A stretch of 58,761 nt of DNA from an uncultured virus (IMG/VR IMGVR_UViG_3300031612_000001) (Duplodnaviria > Heunggongvirae > Uroviricota > Caudoviricetes). Of the stretch, positions 36,576 through 46,377 are shown one piece after another. The first letter of the stretch is position 1. Each line of letters starts with the position of its first letter. The notes beneath the pieces are model-generated. The model worked only from the letters and a program-made list of their open reading frames with translations. It was not told the DNA's origin and did no database searches. Made by a program: the position numbers and the translations under genes. The DNA is taken from IMG/VR virus record IMGVR_UViG_3300031612_000001, one strand, 5' to 3'.

Positions 36576-37283
36576 TTAGGTAAAAAAACTTTGGATACCT
36601 TTTAGCTCTACTTTATTCTCATGATTACATGTAATACATTTAAATTCCATATCATATTTTAAAGATGGCATAGTTTCAAAGAAATTCGAAACTTCTACAA
36701 ACTGTTCACTGTTTAATTCTTCTACAAATTCAGTTAATTCTTTAGTAGTAGAATCCGCCGATTCATATACTGCATCTTCATCAAATATATTTTCGATACA
36801 TCTGATTATCAGCTTCATAACACCGTCAATACTTTCTGCATCGTTACCTAAAGATCTCATGTCATCAAATGATGGATATCTTAAAGTTACGCCTACAGTA
36901 TCAGTTAACTTAATAATATTATCTTCACCTATTACTGGTAATTCAATATCATCTAGGTTAATATCAACATCGTTTGAGTGAGTACACTCAGGTCCTTCGC
37001 ATTTAACTCCGACACTAATTCTTTCACCTACTGATTTTGCACGTAAATGTAAGAATATAGTTTCGATATCAAATATCGCTAGCTTATCGACGTCAATGCT
37101 TTCACTAACACATCCACCAATAACCTGTTTGATCGCATCTAGAATTTGCCCTTGATCTTGGGACTCCATTGCCATCATTAGTATTTTTTCTTCCTTAACT
37201 AAATAAGGTCTGAAGGATACTTCCTTCTTAAGTCCAGGTACGTATACCTTATATTGGACTGTATTTAACTTTGGTAAAGCCAT
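36576..37283 (-). CDS. gp26: Baseplate hub assembly chaperone gp26
   Basis: MALPK, FRPYLVKEEKILMMA.ES, FDIE.IFL.LRAKSVGE, LRYP, CxxC, G.QSFF. Confidence 0.85.
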   Translation of the reverse strand: MALPKLNTVQYKVYVPGLKKEVSFRPYLVKEEKILMMAMESQDQGQILDAIKQVIGGCVSESIDVDKLAIFDIETIFLHLRAKSVGERISVGVKCEGPECTHSNDVDINLDDIELPVIGEDNIIKLTDTVGVTLRYPSFDDMRSLGNDAESIDGVMKLIIRCIENIFDEDAVYESADSTTKELTEFVEELNSEQFVEVSNFFETMPSLKYDMEFKCITCNHENKVELKGIQSFFT

Positions 37284-37311
37284 AATATTTTCTCCGTAGT
37301 TACCAATTCAT

Positions 37312-37971
37312 TTATAATATATTTATAATCCTATCTACAGCATCCTTTGCACCTGCAAGGAGTCCGCCTATAGGACTTAGTACTTCAAACTTGTCATATC
37401 CAAATGTAATACTCATTTTTTGAGGAGTACTTTCATTCGCATTTCCTAAAGTTAAACCACCGTAAGATGTAGGGTAAGCATTAATAAGCTTAACACCATA
37501 CAAAGGTCTATTCTTTTCTTTATCCATTTGTTGGATAGTTATATCTGTCTGATACTCATCTTTGTAAGACACAGCATAATTTTTAACATCAAACATAGCT
37601 CCCATCCATTCGTCCATCATGTTTCTAATAAAGAAATCTTGTGTAAGCATAAACTCCATAGTCACATCTTCATCGATGTGGCCGGTTATAAATTTCTTTG
37701 ATGAACCATAGCTTTGAAAATCGCCTGTTTGAAACTGTCTTCCTGGAATGTTAACTGAATCACAGAAGATCGATATATCTCTGGGATCATTTATTAAGCT
37801 TTTTAAATTAATGCCATTTCCAGCTATCACGCTATTTAATAGTGTCGATGGATTTAAATTAATCAAAGACATCTTAGGAGGTGTAAATATAACTTGATAT
37901 CTATTTTGAAACGCTAAGCCTCCATGGTTTCTGATAGCGGATTGTAAATCGTTAATTGATTGCTTGGCCAT
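37312..37971 (-). CDS. Tail tube-like protein (gp19/gp54 family)
   Basis: NRYQV.F, C.SV.IPG, W.......Y...Y...I.I.Q.D, L.NAYP, .TF.Y. Confidence 0.7.
   Translation of the reverse strand: MAKQSINDLQSAIRNHGGLAFQNRYQVIFTPPKMSLINLNPSTLLNSVIAGNGINLKSLINDPRDISIFCDSVNIPGRQFQTGDFQSYGSSKKFITGHIDEDVTMEFMLTQDFFIRNMMDEWMGAMFDVKNYAVSYKDEYQTDITIQQMDKEKNRPLYGVKLINAYPTSYGGLTLGNANESTPQKMSITFGYDKFEVLSPIGGLLAGAKDAVDRIINIL
37320..37327 (-). promoter_or_regulatory. T4-type late promoter for gp26
   Basis: TATAAATA on minus strand. Confidence 0.55.
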
Positions 37972-38555
37972 TAATATTGGTCCCTACTGTATCTCCAAAC
38001 ACTAGCATCTTTAACACCAACGAACTGTTGCGTTGGCATAAACACTGCTATTTCCCATTCAGGCATGGGAACTCTTACTATCTTTGATTTAACATTAGAC
38101 ATAAGATATTGCTTGAAGCATGGTTTAAATTCTTTATATTTCCCTACTCCTTTCAGAGTATCATATCGTAATCTAGTTAGTCGACTAGATTCATTTACTT
38201 TTTTCGGCGCTAAATCCATTAGCCTTGCTAAAAATAATCCTCTAACTTGTGGCGATAAGTAATGTAAATTAATTCCTTGGAATCCACCTTTCGTAGGACC
38301 CACCAATATGGTTAAAGGAAACTTATCCCAATATGGTAACGTATCTTTTGTTTTTGCATCGTACGCATACATTATCATATCTCCTACCTTAGGAGCAGAA
38401 GTTGGGCTTAATGCATCGTCATTCATTAACGTTGTTCTATTAACATTTCCTAAAGCTTTAACTTTCTTTTGGAACCATTGTCTAGACCCATCAGTCCTAG
38501 GACTTACCCCGCCTCTAAAAGCACCTGCTTGTAACTTATCAAATATATTTGCCAT
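37971..38555 (-). CDS. gp2: DNA end protector gp2
   Basis: YDAKTK.TLPYWDKFPL, G.NLHYL, PCFKQYL..V.S. Confidence 0.9.
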   Translation of the reverse strand: MANIFDKLQAGAFRGGVSPRTDGSRQWFQKKVKALGNVNRTTLMNDDALSPTSAPKVGDMIMYAYDAKTKDTLPYWDKFPLTILVGPTKGGFQGINLHYLSPQVRGLFLARLMDLAPKKVNESSRLTRLRYDTLKGVGKYKEFKPCFKQYLMSNVKSKIVRVPMPEWEIAVFMPTQQFVGVKDASVWRYSRDQY

Positions 38556-38561
38556 ATAATC

Positions 38562-38569
38562 TATTTATA
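38562..38569 (-). promoter_or_regulatory. T4-type late promoter
   Basis: TATAAATA 6 nt before the gp2 ATG. Confidence 0.7.
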
Positions 38570-39016
38570 TCAAGACTTAAGTAGTTTGATACCTAAATTG
38601 GATAAAGTATCTTCTGTCCATATCTGGAACTTCCAACCTTTATGATCTGCGAATTGATTAGCTGCTTCCCATTTACTTTGATTTTTAACGAAGGCCATGA
38701 CCTCATTAATATATCTTTTAGTTTTTCTAGTCGGTTGCTTAGGAGCTTTCGTCTGTGACTTGGGTTTAATTTCAACTAATATACATTCACCATCATCCAT
38801 TTCAATGAATAGATCTATGAAATATCGGTGGACTCTGTTATCCGTTTTGCACTTGTAAGGTATAACTACCTCTTCAGAATTCCACGCGGTGATCCTTTTA
38901 TTAGCTTCACACCATTTAAATGCTTGTCTTTCCCATAAAGAACGGTAAACGACCTTAGTATAATCACCCAGATACTTTTCTGGTTTTTTAATTTTGTATT
39001 TGCCTTTGTAACTCAT
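38570..39016 (-). CDS. gp4: Head completion nuclease gp4 (TnsA-like)
   Basis: KY.GD...VYRSLWE, W.SEE..IPY, HRYF.D, EIKP, N..KW.AA. Confidence 0.92.
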   Translation of the reverse strand: MSYKGKYKIKKPEKYLGDYTKVVYRSLWERQAFKWCEANKRITAWNSEEVVIPYKCKTDNRVHRYFIDLFIEMDDGECILVEIKPKSQTKAPKQPTRKTKRYINEVMAFVKNQSKWEAANQFADHKGWKFQIWTEDTLSNLGIKLLKS

Positions 39017-39058
39017 ATAAATACTCTTATAGTTTATAAATAACTATATCTATTTATA
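39016..39058. promoter_or_regulatory. Overlapping divergent late promoters
   Basis: TATAAATA on + at 39016 and 39035; on - at 39051-39058. Confidence 0.65.
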
Positions 39059-39071
39059 CGGGATAAAAAGC

Positions 39072-40031
39072 ATGACAAGTAAAACTGATGCACAAAAATT
39101 ACAAGCTTCCATAGCGAAAGTAAAAAATCAAGCCACCGTAAGAGCTGGCAAGCTTATGGAAGGCGTTGGCCAAACTAGGAAAACAATAGGTCATAGTGAC
39201 ACTATTTTAAGATTTCCTAGTGACTTAGCTACTGGCGCTAAAGTTCGGCAGTGTATTCGTTTCGCTATAGTAGATAGAAGATCTTTGGACGAAAAGAAAC
39301 AAATATATTTGTATACTCCTCCAGGCATAGCTATTTCGGATGCTGCCGGGTATAACCAAGCAGATTTAGGATTAGTTGGTGGCACAGCTGAAGCATTTGT
39401 AAATGCCGCTGAAACAGGTGATACTGAAAACCTAAAAGGTAAGACTCTTTCAGATATTATTTCAGCAGCAACTACTAAAGCCGCTGGAGCCGCAGGATCG
39501 ATTGGTCAAGCTGGTATGATGGCATCAGGTATTGCATCTAATCCATTTACTAATGTAACATTCCAAGGTACTAACCTTAGATCTTTTGCTTTCAGTTTTA
39601 AACTAGTAGCATCAAGTGAAAAAGAATCTGATGATATTAAACTAATTGAAAATACATTTAGAAAATTCTTATATCCTAAGAAAGCAAGTTCATCTAATTT
39701 TTTATTGGAATATCCACCTTTATTTAAGATAGAGTTTTTAAACATCAACGAAGAATCAGCTGATAGAAATACCTATATGCCAATGATTCAATATTCATAC
39801 TTATTAAATATGACAGCCACATTTAATGCAAGTACAAACATTTATCATCGAGGTGGCGCTCCTACTGAATTAGATATTGCTCTAACGTTTCAAGAATCTA
39901 AAGCTCTTAGAAGAGAAGATCTATATAAGCATGATGGAGAAGATCAATATTCAGATCCAGAATATCATTTTGATTATATCACACCATTCTCTTTCCCAGG
40001 TGGGGCGAGACAACCAAGTAGCAAAGGATAA
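39072..40031 (+). CDS. gp48: Baseplate tail-tube cap gp48
   Basis: I.LY.P, NP.....F.G...R.F.F.FKL, E...I..I...FR, L.F.E. Confidence 0.75.
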   Translation: MTSKTDAQKLQASIAKVKNQATVRAGKLMEGVGQTRKTIGHSDTILRFPSDLATGAKVRQCIRFAIVDRRSLDEKKQIYLYTPPGIAISDAAGYNQADLGLVGGTAEAFVNAAETGDTENLKGKTLSDIISAATTKAAGAAGSIGQAGMMASGIASNPFTNVTFQGTNLRSFAFSFKLVASSEKESDDIKLIENTFRKFLYPKKASSSNFLLEYPPLFKIEFLNINEESADRNTYMPMIQYSYLLNMTATFNASTNIYHRGGAPTELDIALTFQESKALRREDLYKHDGEDQYSDPEYHFDYITPFSFPGGARQPSSKG

Positions 40032-40033
40032 TT

Positions 40034-41104
40034 ATGTCATATTTTAAATTATTTCCAAAAGTAGGTTACGATTTTAATCGTCAAGGCGTTATACAAAACG
40101 TTATTAACATCTTTAGACATGTTAGACCAATTCAAAACTATGTTGATGATTTTTCTACCTATGTAAATTATAGTATTAGAAATGGCGAAAGGCCTGACGT
40201 AGTATCTCAAAGATTATATGGAACACCGGATTATCATTGGACGTTCTTTATTGTAAATGAATTTTTACATGATGGACTTGCAGTATGGCCTATGTCACAA
40301 GAAAATTTATTTGATTACTTAGAAACAGAATACAATGGATTTGCTATAGAAACAAGACCAGACATCCGAAGAAATAGTGATGGTGGTATTACTGAATTCA
40401 GAGATTCTTTATCAGGACGGTTTAAAATCGGTGAAACTATTACTGGAGGTGCTTCAGAAGCTGTTGGTACACTTACTAAAAAAGATCTTTATAACAATCA
40501 ATTGATAGTTCAAGATGTCACTGGCACATTTGTTGGTGATGGTGTAGGTAACAATAGAGAAGTTGTGGTTGGTGCTTCAAGTACAGATTCAGTTAACACT
40601 TGGAAAGTATGGCCTTATGCCGAAGCTCCACATCATTGGTTTGAAGAAGGTACTGAGAAGATAACTCTTAAAGGAACTCCTTCAGAAGATTTTTTAAGTT
40701 TAACTAATGGCGCTGCGCTTCAACAATCAAATGGATTTAAAGGTACATTAATAAGTGCAAATTCTATTGAAGTTAATATCGCTAAAACTAGTGGACCTGA
40801 TTTAAGTTTAACACATGCAATTTCTTCTGTAGCTGATCCAAGTGTCGTTATGGCTGCTGCTAATTTACAAGGAAAGGTTGTCATTACAGGAAACGTTCAG
40901 GTTTCTAATGCTAACTTCTTTTCAGTTACTGACGATGCAACACTAAATTTAATTCTTCAAGAAGGAACAGTTGCATCACCTAGTTATATTTCAAATAGAA
41001 ATTATCTGTTTAATGTTAACGAAGAAAGATCTCAGATAAAGATTGTTGACCCTAAACACATTGAAAAGTTTGCAGAAACGTTTGAGAGCTTATTGAATGT
41101 CTAA
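40034..41104 (+). CDS. gp53: Baseplate wedge gp53
   Basis: MSYF..FP, GERPD.VS..LYG....HW, N...R.IK. Confidence 0.85.
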   Translation: MSYFKLFPKVGYDFNRQGVIQNVINIFRHVRPIQNYVDDFSTYVNYSIRNGERPDVVSQRLYGTPDYHWTFFIVNEFLHDGLAVWPMSQENLFDYLETEYNGFAIETRPDIRRNSDGGITEFRDSLSGRFKIGETITGGASEAVGTLTKKDLYNNQLIVQDVTGTFVGDGVGNNREVVVGASSTDSVNTWKVWPYAEAPHHWFEEGTEKITLKGTPSEDFLSLTNGAALQQSNGFKGTLISANSIEVNIAKTSGPDLSLTHAISSVADPSVVMAAANLQGKVVITGNVQVSNANFFSVTDDATLNLILQEGTVASPSYISNRNYLFNVNEERSQIKIVDPKHIEKFAETFESLLNV

Positions 41105-42473
41105 GTTAATGCCCGACTATTATGAAAGAACATCCATAAAGTTGTGGCCTAATGGTGATTTCGACCCTCAAGGATTGTTCGGAGAAGTCCAAGCTAAATC
41201 TTTGGAACTAAAACAAATAGTATCAAATATGGTTATATTCGAGAGTCTATTAGACCATAGTATAAGAGCTACAATAGATGTTCTCGATGCTAATAATATA
41301 TTAGAAGATCTACGAATCGAAGGTGATGAGTATATTACTATTGAATTTAAGAAAGATACTCCTGAAGGAAAATCTAAATATAAAATTAGATTAATGGTCA
41401 CTGATATTAAAAACTATGTTAGACCAAGTGTAGGTGCACAAACGTATCGGCTTGAATGCTCAAGTGAGCACGATTATTTAAATCAATTAACAATATTAGA
41501 TCGTAAGTTTGAAGGTAACATTGGAAAATTAGTTTCTGATATTGTAAAGAAAGATTTAAGAGTAAGTAAAGATCACATTGGCACTATCAATACGAAAACT
41601 GCAAAGTTAATTAAAGGAATATATCCTCAACTAAGACCGGTTAACGCAGTTAAATGGTTAACACGAAATGCATTCGAAAATAGTACTCCATTTTTCTTTT
41701 ATGAAAGCATAGAATCAGAAGAGTTAAATAAAAAACCAGCTTTCAATAAAATTAATTTTACATCCCTAGATGCATTAAGTAAAAACCCTGTAGTAGCTAA
41801 GTTTGAAAGAAAGCCATATAACACTGGTCAAATGCTCGATGAGAAAGATGATATAAGAAGAGAGCAAATACTAAGTGTATCAGTACCTCAAGTTAGAAGT
41901 ACATTCGAAGATCTTCAAAATGGCGCTTATGGTTCTACCATTACTCATTTAGACATATCAACTAAGACATTAGTGACAAATGCAGAACATAAACACGATG
42001 GGAAATTTGTAATACTTGAAAATAAGTTTAAGCCGATGGGTGATGCGCATAATAAATTCCTAGATAAAAAGATTACAGATTTTCCGTATGCTAAGAGATT
42101 TTATTCATCACAAAATAGTTTATCCTTTGATGGGTTTGATAATTATCATGCACCTGTTGTAGAAAATATAAGAAAAGCTGCTCAAAAAATATCTGGCATG
42201 GAAATAAGTAAACTAGTAATTGATATTTACGGCGATCCTAGATTAACTGTTGGTAGTAAAATAGATGTTAAAATAGGTAAAGCTCTGCATCCAGACGAAC
42301 TAGAAACTAATAAAGTAGTAGATGAAAGCGTGTCAGGCGTTTATATTATATACGATATAATTCATACACTAACTGCTGATCAAAAATGGACATCACAATT
42401 AAATTTAAGAAAAGATTCTTCTAATCTAGATTATAACTCTAAGATTACAAAGATTAAGGATAAGTCAGTATGA
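41097..42473 (+). CDS. Baseplate hub protein (gp27-like)
   Basis: IFESL, G.E.I, FFFYE, G...L.VG..I, SG.Y.I..I.H; precedes gp5. Confidence 0.6.
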   Translation: MSKLMPDYYERTSIKLWPNGDFDPQGLFGEVQAKSLELKQIVSNMVIFESLLDHSIRATIDVLDANNILEDLRIEGDEYITIEFKKDTPEGKSKYKIRLMVTDIKNYVRPSVGAQTYRLECSSEHDYLNQLTILDRKFEGNIGKLVSDIVKKDLRVSKDHIGTINTKTAKLIKGIYPQLRPVNAVKWLTRNAFENSTPFFFYESIESEELNKKPAFNKINFTSLDALSKNPVVAKFERKPYNTGQMLDEKDDIRREQILSVSVPQVRSTFEDLQNGAYGSTITHLDISTKTLVTNAEHKHDGKFVILENKFKPMGDAHNKFLDKKITDFPYAKRFYSSQNSLSFDGFDNYHAPVVENIRKAAQKISGMEISKLVIDIYGDPRLTVGSKIDVKIGKALHPDELETNKVVDESVSGVYIIYDIIHTLTADQKWTSQLNLRKDSSNLDYNSKITKIKDKSV

Positions 42474-42988
42474 GAGTAGATGATTTCAAAGGACAAGCTT
42501 TTACGTGGTTCACCGGTGTAGTAGAGGATATTACAGATCCTAAGAATTTAAACCGAGTGAAAGTACGATGTATAGGTTATCATTCGCAAGATAAAGATGT
42601 TGTAGGAACTGTAGATCTACCTTTTGCAACGGTTATAATGCCAGTCACGTCAGCATCTAGTAAAGGCATTGGTGGTAATCATCATTTAGAAGTTGGTTCA
42701 TGGGTTGTAGGATTCTTTAGAGACGGTCCATCTGCACAAGATCCTATGGTAATGGGTTCAGTCGCTACACAAACAGATGGTGAACAAGATATTCCAACTG
42801 ATGCCTCAACGACTAATAAAGTTTATAAATCTAAAGCTGGCCATACAATAGAGATCGATAATGGTGGAACACCGCCGTTATTATACCAACCAGAAATACG
42901 AGTAACACATTCATCTGGTTCAAAAATTACAATGAATCATGATGGTAGTATTTCTATTGTAGCAACTAATATTAAATTGAATGCATAA
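42470..42988 (+). CDS. gp5: Short baseplate spike gp5 (OB fold, no lysozyme domain)
   Basis: WF.GVVED..DP....RVKVRC.G.H, G.WVVGFF.DG..AQ.P.VMG, S.AGH.IE.D. Confidence 0.85.
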   Translation: MRVDDFKGQAFTWFTGVVEDITDPKNLNRVKVRCIGYHSQDKDVVGTVDLPFATVIMPVTSASSKGIGGNHHLEVGSWVVGFFRDGPSAQDPMVMGSVATQTDGEQDIPTDASTTNKVYKSKAGHTIEIDNGGTPPLLYQPEIRVTHSSGSKITMNHDGSISIVATNIKLNA

Positions 42989-44073
42989 TGGCTGAGACAA
43001 CTATTACAATACCGTGCCCTGATACTTTGTTACCGAAGCCGGCCGATATTACTAATATATTTAAACAACTTGCTAATTTGCCAGCTCAGTTAGAGCTTCA
43101 AGGTTTTAAAGAAGAAGCCCAAGCTATAAGAGACAAACTAGAATCTATAAAAGATGGATTAGGAAATTTCCCAGTAAGTATATCTGATCCAGTATTTCCT
43201 GGTCTAACTATTCCAGAAATTGAATGGGAAAAAAGAATAGATGCTATAATGAGTGAATACCAAACATTCACATTAGCTAAGATTCTAGAAATTATTAATG
43301 ATATATTACCACTATCATTTGAAATACCGATACCTCCATTCAATATTAGTATTGATATAATTAAATTGTTTTCAGATCCAGAATATAAGGGTACAATAAA
43401 GAAACAGTTTACAGATAAAGTAGAAATATTTTATCCGTTATTACCTGATATGTATAAAACCTTTGACGGAACATACGGTGTCGAATCGGCTGATATGAAA
43501 GCTGAAGCTGTATGGGAATATGTAATGAGTCAATTGCAAAAAGGTGGATTAGGTATATTACATGATACATTAGGAGGCTTAATTGATAAGTTTGATACAA
43601 TTTTTAATGCATTAGATTTACCTTCGCTTCCTACATTAACAGATTTAGATGTAGAACAATTAATAAAAGATAAAATAGAATCTATAGAAAACCAAATTAA
43701 AAGCGCACCAGATGATCTTAAAGATTCGTTGCGCAAAAAAGCTATAAAGACATTAGAATCAATTGAAATTGCAGGATTTTCGCTTATGGATTTATTAGGT
43801 GGAGAACCAAACGATTTCGTAGAGAGCATGGAAGGGAAAATGGAAAGGTTTAAAAAACGATTAAGAAACTTTGGTGAAGAATGGCCTAAATATTTAATCC
43901 AAAAGTGGATGGAACTAGTTACAGCATTCTTAGAAGCTATAGGATTATCTGCATTATTAGACTGGATAACATTTACATTTTGTGATTTCTTAAAGCTAAT
44001 TGGTATGCCAACAGAAATTGTTATACCAACAAAGTTTAATTTGGTAGCAGTTCCAGCTATTCCTGAGGTATAA
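42988..44073 (+). CDS. Hypothetical acidic, I/L/P-rich protein in baseplate cluster
   Basis: Coupled to gp5 stop. Confidence 0.55.
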   Translation: MAETTITIPCPDTLLPKPADITNIFKQLANLPAQLELQGFKEEAQAIRDKLESIKDGLGNFPVSISDPVFPGLTIPEIEWEKRIDAIMSEYQTFTLAKILEIINDILPLSFEIPIPPFNISIDIIKLFSDPEYKGTIKKQFTDKVEIFYPLLPDMYKTFDGTYGVESADMKAEAVWEYVMSQLQKGGLGILHDTLGGLIDKFDTIFNALDLPSLPTLTDLDVEQLIKDKIESIENQIKSAPDDLKDSLRKKAIKTLESIEIAGFSLMDLLGGEPNDFVESMEGKMERFKKRLRNFGEEWPKYLIQKWMELVTAFLEAIGLSALLDWITFTFCDFLKLIGMPTEIVIPTKFNLVAVPAIPEV

Positions 44074-44076
44074 ATA
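44069..44076 (+). promoter_or_regulatory. T4-type late promoter
   Basis: TATAAATA-N5-ATG of gp25. Confidence 0.75.
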
Positions 44077-44081
44077 GATAT

Positions 44082-44522
44082 ATGGCAAATTATTCTGGAG
44101 ACAAAACAGCAAGTTCGGGACCAATATCAGTTGTGTCTCGGAAAAAAGGTTGGGCTGATCTTAATTTAAGCTTAACTCCGCACCCAATTAGAAAGGATAT
44201 TATACCTTTAAAGGATGATGCTGCTATTAAGAACGCAGTTAAGAATCTAATATTAACTAACTTCTTTGAAAGACCTTTCCAACCAGAAAAGGCAGGAAAT
44301 CTTAGAGGTCTTTTATTTGAACCCGCTGATGGTATAACAAAATACGAATTATCAGATGGAGTTAGAAGAGTATTAGAAGATTACGAACCTAGAATAAAAG
44401 TACAACATGTCGGAATAGTCGATGAAGGGGAAATAAATTCCTACACGATTACAGTATATTTCGAAATAATAAATCTTAATACTACATCAACCGTAGAAAT
44501 AGTATTACAAAGACTAAGGTAA
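44082..44522 (+). CDS. gp25: Baseplate wedge gp25
   Basis: AIKNAVKNLILTN..ERPF.P..G..L..LLFE, YEPRI. Confidence 0.92.
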   Translation: MANYSGDKTASSGPISVVSRKKGWADLNLSLTPHPIRKDIIPLKDDAAIKNAVKNLILTNFFERPFQPEKAGNLRGLLFEPADGITKYELSDGVRRVLEDYEPRIKVQHVGIVDEGEINSYTITVYFEIINLNTTSTVEIVLQRLR

Positions 44523-44526
44523 CAGA

Positions 44527-46377
44527 ATGGCAACTAACTTAAAAATAACAGAATTAGACTTTGTCGATATTAAAGACAATCTAAAAAACTTCCTTAAAAG
44601 CCAAACGGTTTTTAGTGATTATGACTTTGATGGTTCAGGCCTTAGTACTCTGCTTGATGTATTAGCGTATAATACACATTATAACGCCATGGCAGCTCAC
44701 CTAGCTTTAAACGAAGCTTTCTTAGACTCAGCTCAAATTAGAGGTAATGCAGTTTCAAGAGCTCGTATGCTAGGGTATGTACCTTCATCACAATTATCAC
44801 CAAAGGCTACAGTAAAATTAGTAGTAAACGTAGTAGGCCAAACAACAAAACCTGCAACAATATCTTTACCACGTGGTACTAAATTAAGTACCTCAGTTGA
44901 TGGTGAAACATTTCAGTTTATAACAATTGCAACACAAAATGCAAAGCTACTGAATGACACATATACATTCGACAATGTATCCGTTGCTGAAGGTTCATAC
45001 AACTCTATTAAATACAGAGTTGATAATGATATATCAAATCAAAAACATCAATTGCCTCATACAAATGCTGATACTTCTACGTTAAGAGTAAGAGTACAAG
45101 CTAATGAAGAATCAAGTTCGTTTGATATATTTACACTATTCACTACTCTACTCAGTGTAGATTCTACTTCTAAGATTTATCATTTACAAGAAAATTCAAA
45201 TGGTTATTATGAAACTTACTTTGGTGATGGAGTCACTGGCTCTAAACCTAGTAATAATAATATTGTAACTATGGACTATATCTTTTCAAATGGAACAGAA
45301 GCAAATGGTGCTAAAGTATTTACCATGGTAGATAATATAGCCGGCTTTGCAAATATCGCTGTAACTACAATAACTGCCGCGGCAGGTGGTGCAGATCAAG
45401 AAACATTAGAATCAATTAGGTATAACGCACCGTTAACATTTACATCTCAAAATAGAGCTGTAACTTCAGATGATTACCGAGCTATTATTCAAAGAGAATT
45501 CTCTAACATCGATGCAATATCAACTTGGGGTGGTGAAGATCAAACTTCTCCAGATTATGGTAAAATTTATATTGCCATTAAACCAAAAACCTCAACAACA
45601 TTATCAGTCAACGAGAAAGCACAGATCACTGGTAATATTCTAAAGGGTAAGAACGTAGTAAGTATTACACCTGTTATAGTAGATCCTAATTATACATTCT
45701 TAGAATTAGATGTAGCCTTTAAGTTTAATCCTAACTTAACAGATAGAACTGAAGTAGAACTACAAGCTGTTGTATCAGATACTATCGACGATTATTCATT
45801 AAATGATTTAAATAAGTTTGATGGTGTGTTTAGACATTCGGCTTTGTTAAAAGCAATCGATTCATCTGATCCTGCTATTCTTAACTCAACAGTAAGACCA
45901 TTCCTATTTAAAAATATTACTCCTCTTACAACAGAGGCTAACAACTTTACTTTAAATTATGCAGGGTCTTTCTATGTTCCTGGTGGATTAGACGAATCAT
46001 GTATATCATCTACCGCGTTTAAAAAAGGTGGAATTGATAATTACTTTGGAGATAAAGCAATCGTTGATTCAGACGTTAGACAAGTGTTTGCATACAAATT
46101 AATAGGAACCACTAAGGTTACAACCATAGACAATGCTGGAACAGTAAATCCTGGAACAGGCGCTGTAATTCTTCATACATTTATACCAGATGATGCGACA
46201 GTTATTAGAATAAGTATTGTACCTAATTCATTAGATATTGCTCCTAAGAGAGATGAATTAATTTCTATCGATGCATCTAGAACGACTATGACAGCTGAAA
46301 GAGATTCAATCGCTGTATCAGGTTCTTCTGGTAGTATTGATTATACCACAACATCAAGATTTAGATCGAGTACATAA
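44527..46377 (+). CDS. gp6: Baseplate wedge gp6
   Basis: LDF..IK.NL, DYDFDGSGL..LLDVLAYNTHY, FGDG..G, QNRAVT..DY, YGK.YI. Confidence 0.95.
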   Translation: MATNLKITELDFVDIKDNLKNFLKSQTVFSDYDFDGSGLSTLLDVLAYNTHYNAMAAHLALNEAFLDSAQIRGNAVSRARMLGYVPSSQLSPKATVKLVVNVVGQTTKPATISLPRGTKLSTSVDGETFQFITIATQNAKLLNDTYTFDNVSVAEGSYNSIKYRVDNDISNQKHQLPHTNADTSTLRVRVQANEESSSFDIFTLFTTLLSVDSTSKIYHLQENSNGYYETYFGDGVTGSKPSNNNIVTMDYIFSNGTEANGAKVFTMVDNIAGFANIAVTTITAAAGGADQETLESIRYNAPLTFTSQNRAVTSDDYRAIIQREFSNIDAISTWGGEDQTSPDYGKIYIAIKPKTSTTLSVNEKAQITGNILKGKNVVSITPVIVDPNYTFLELDVAFKFNPNLTDRTEVELQAVVSDTIDDYSLNDLNKFDGVFRHSALLKAIDSSDPAILNSTVRPFLFKNITPLTTEANNFTLNYAGSFYVPGGLDESCISSTAFKKGGIDNYFGDKAIVDSDVRQVFAYKLIGTTKVTTIDNAGTVNPGTGAVILHTFIPDDATVIRISIVPNSLDIAPKRDELISIDASRTTMTAERDSIAVSGSSGSIDYTTTSRFRSST

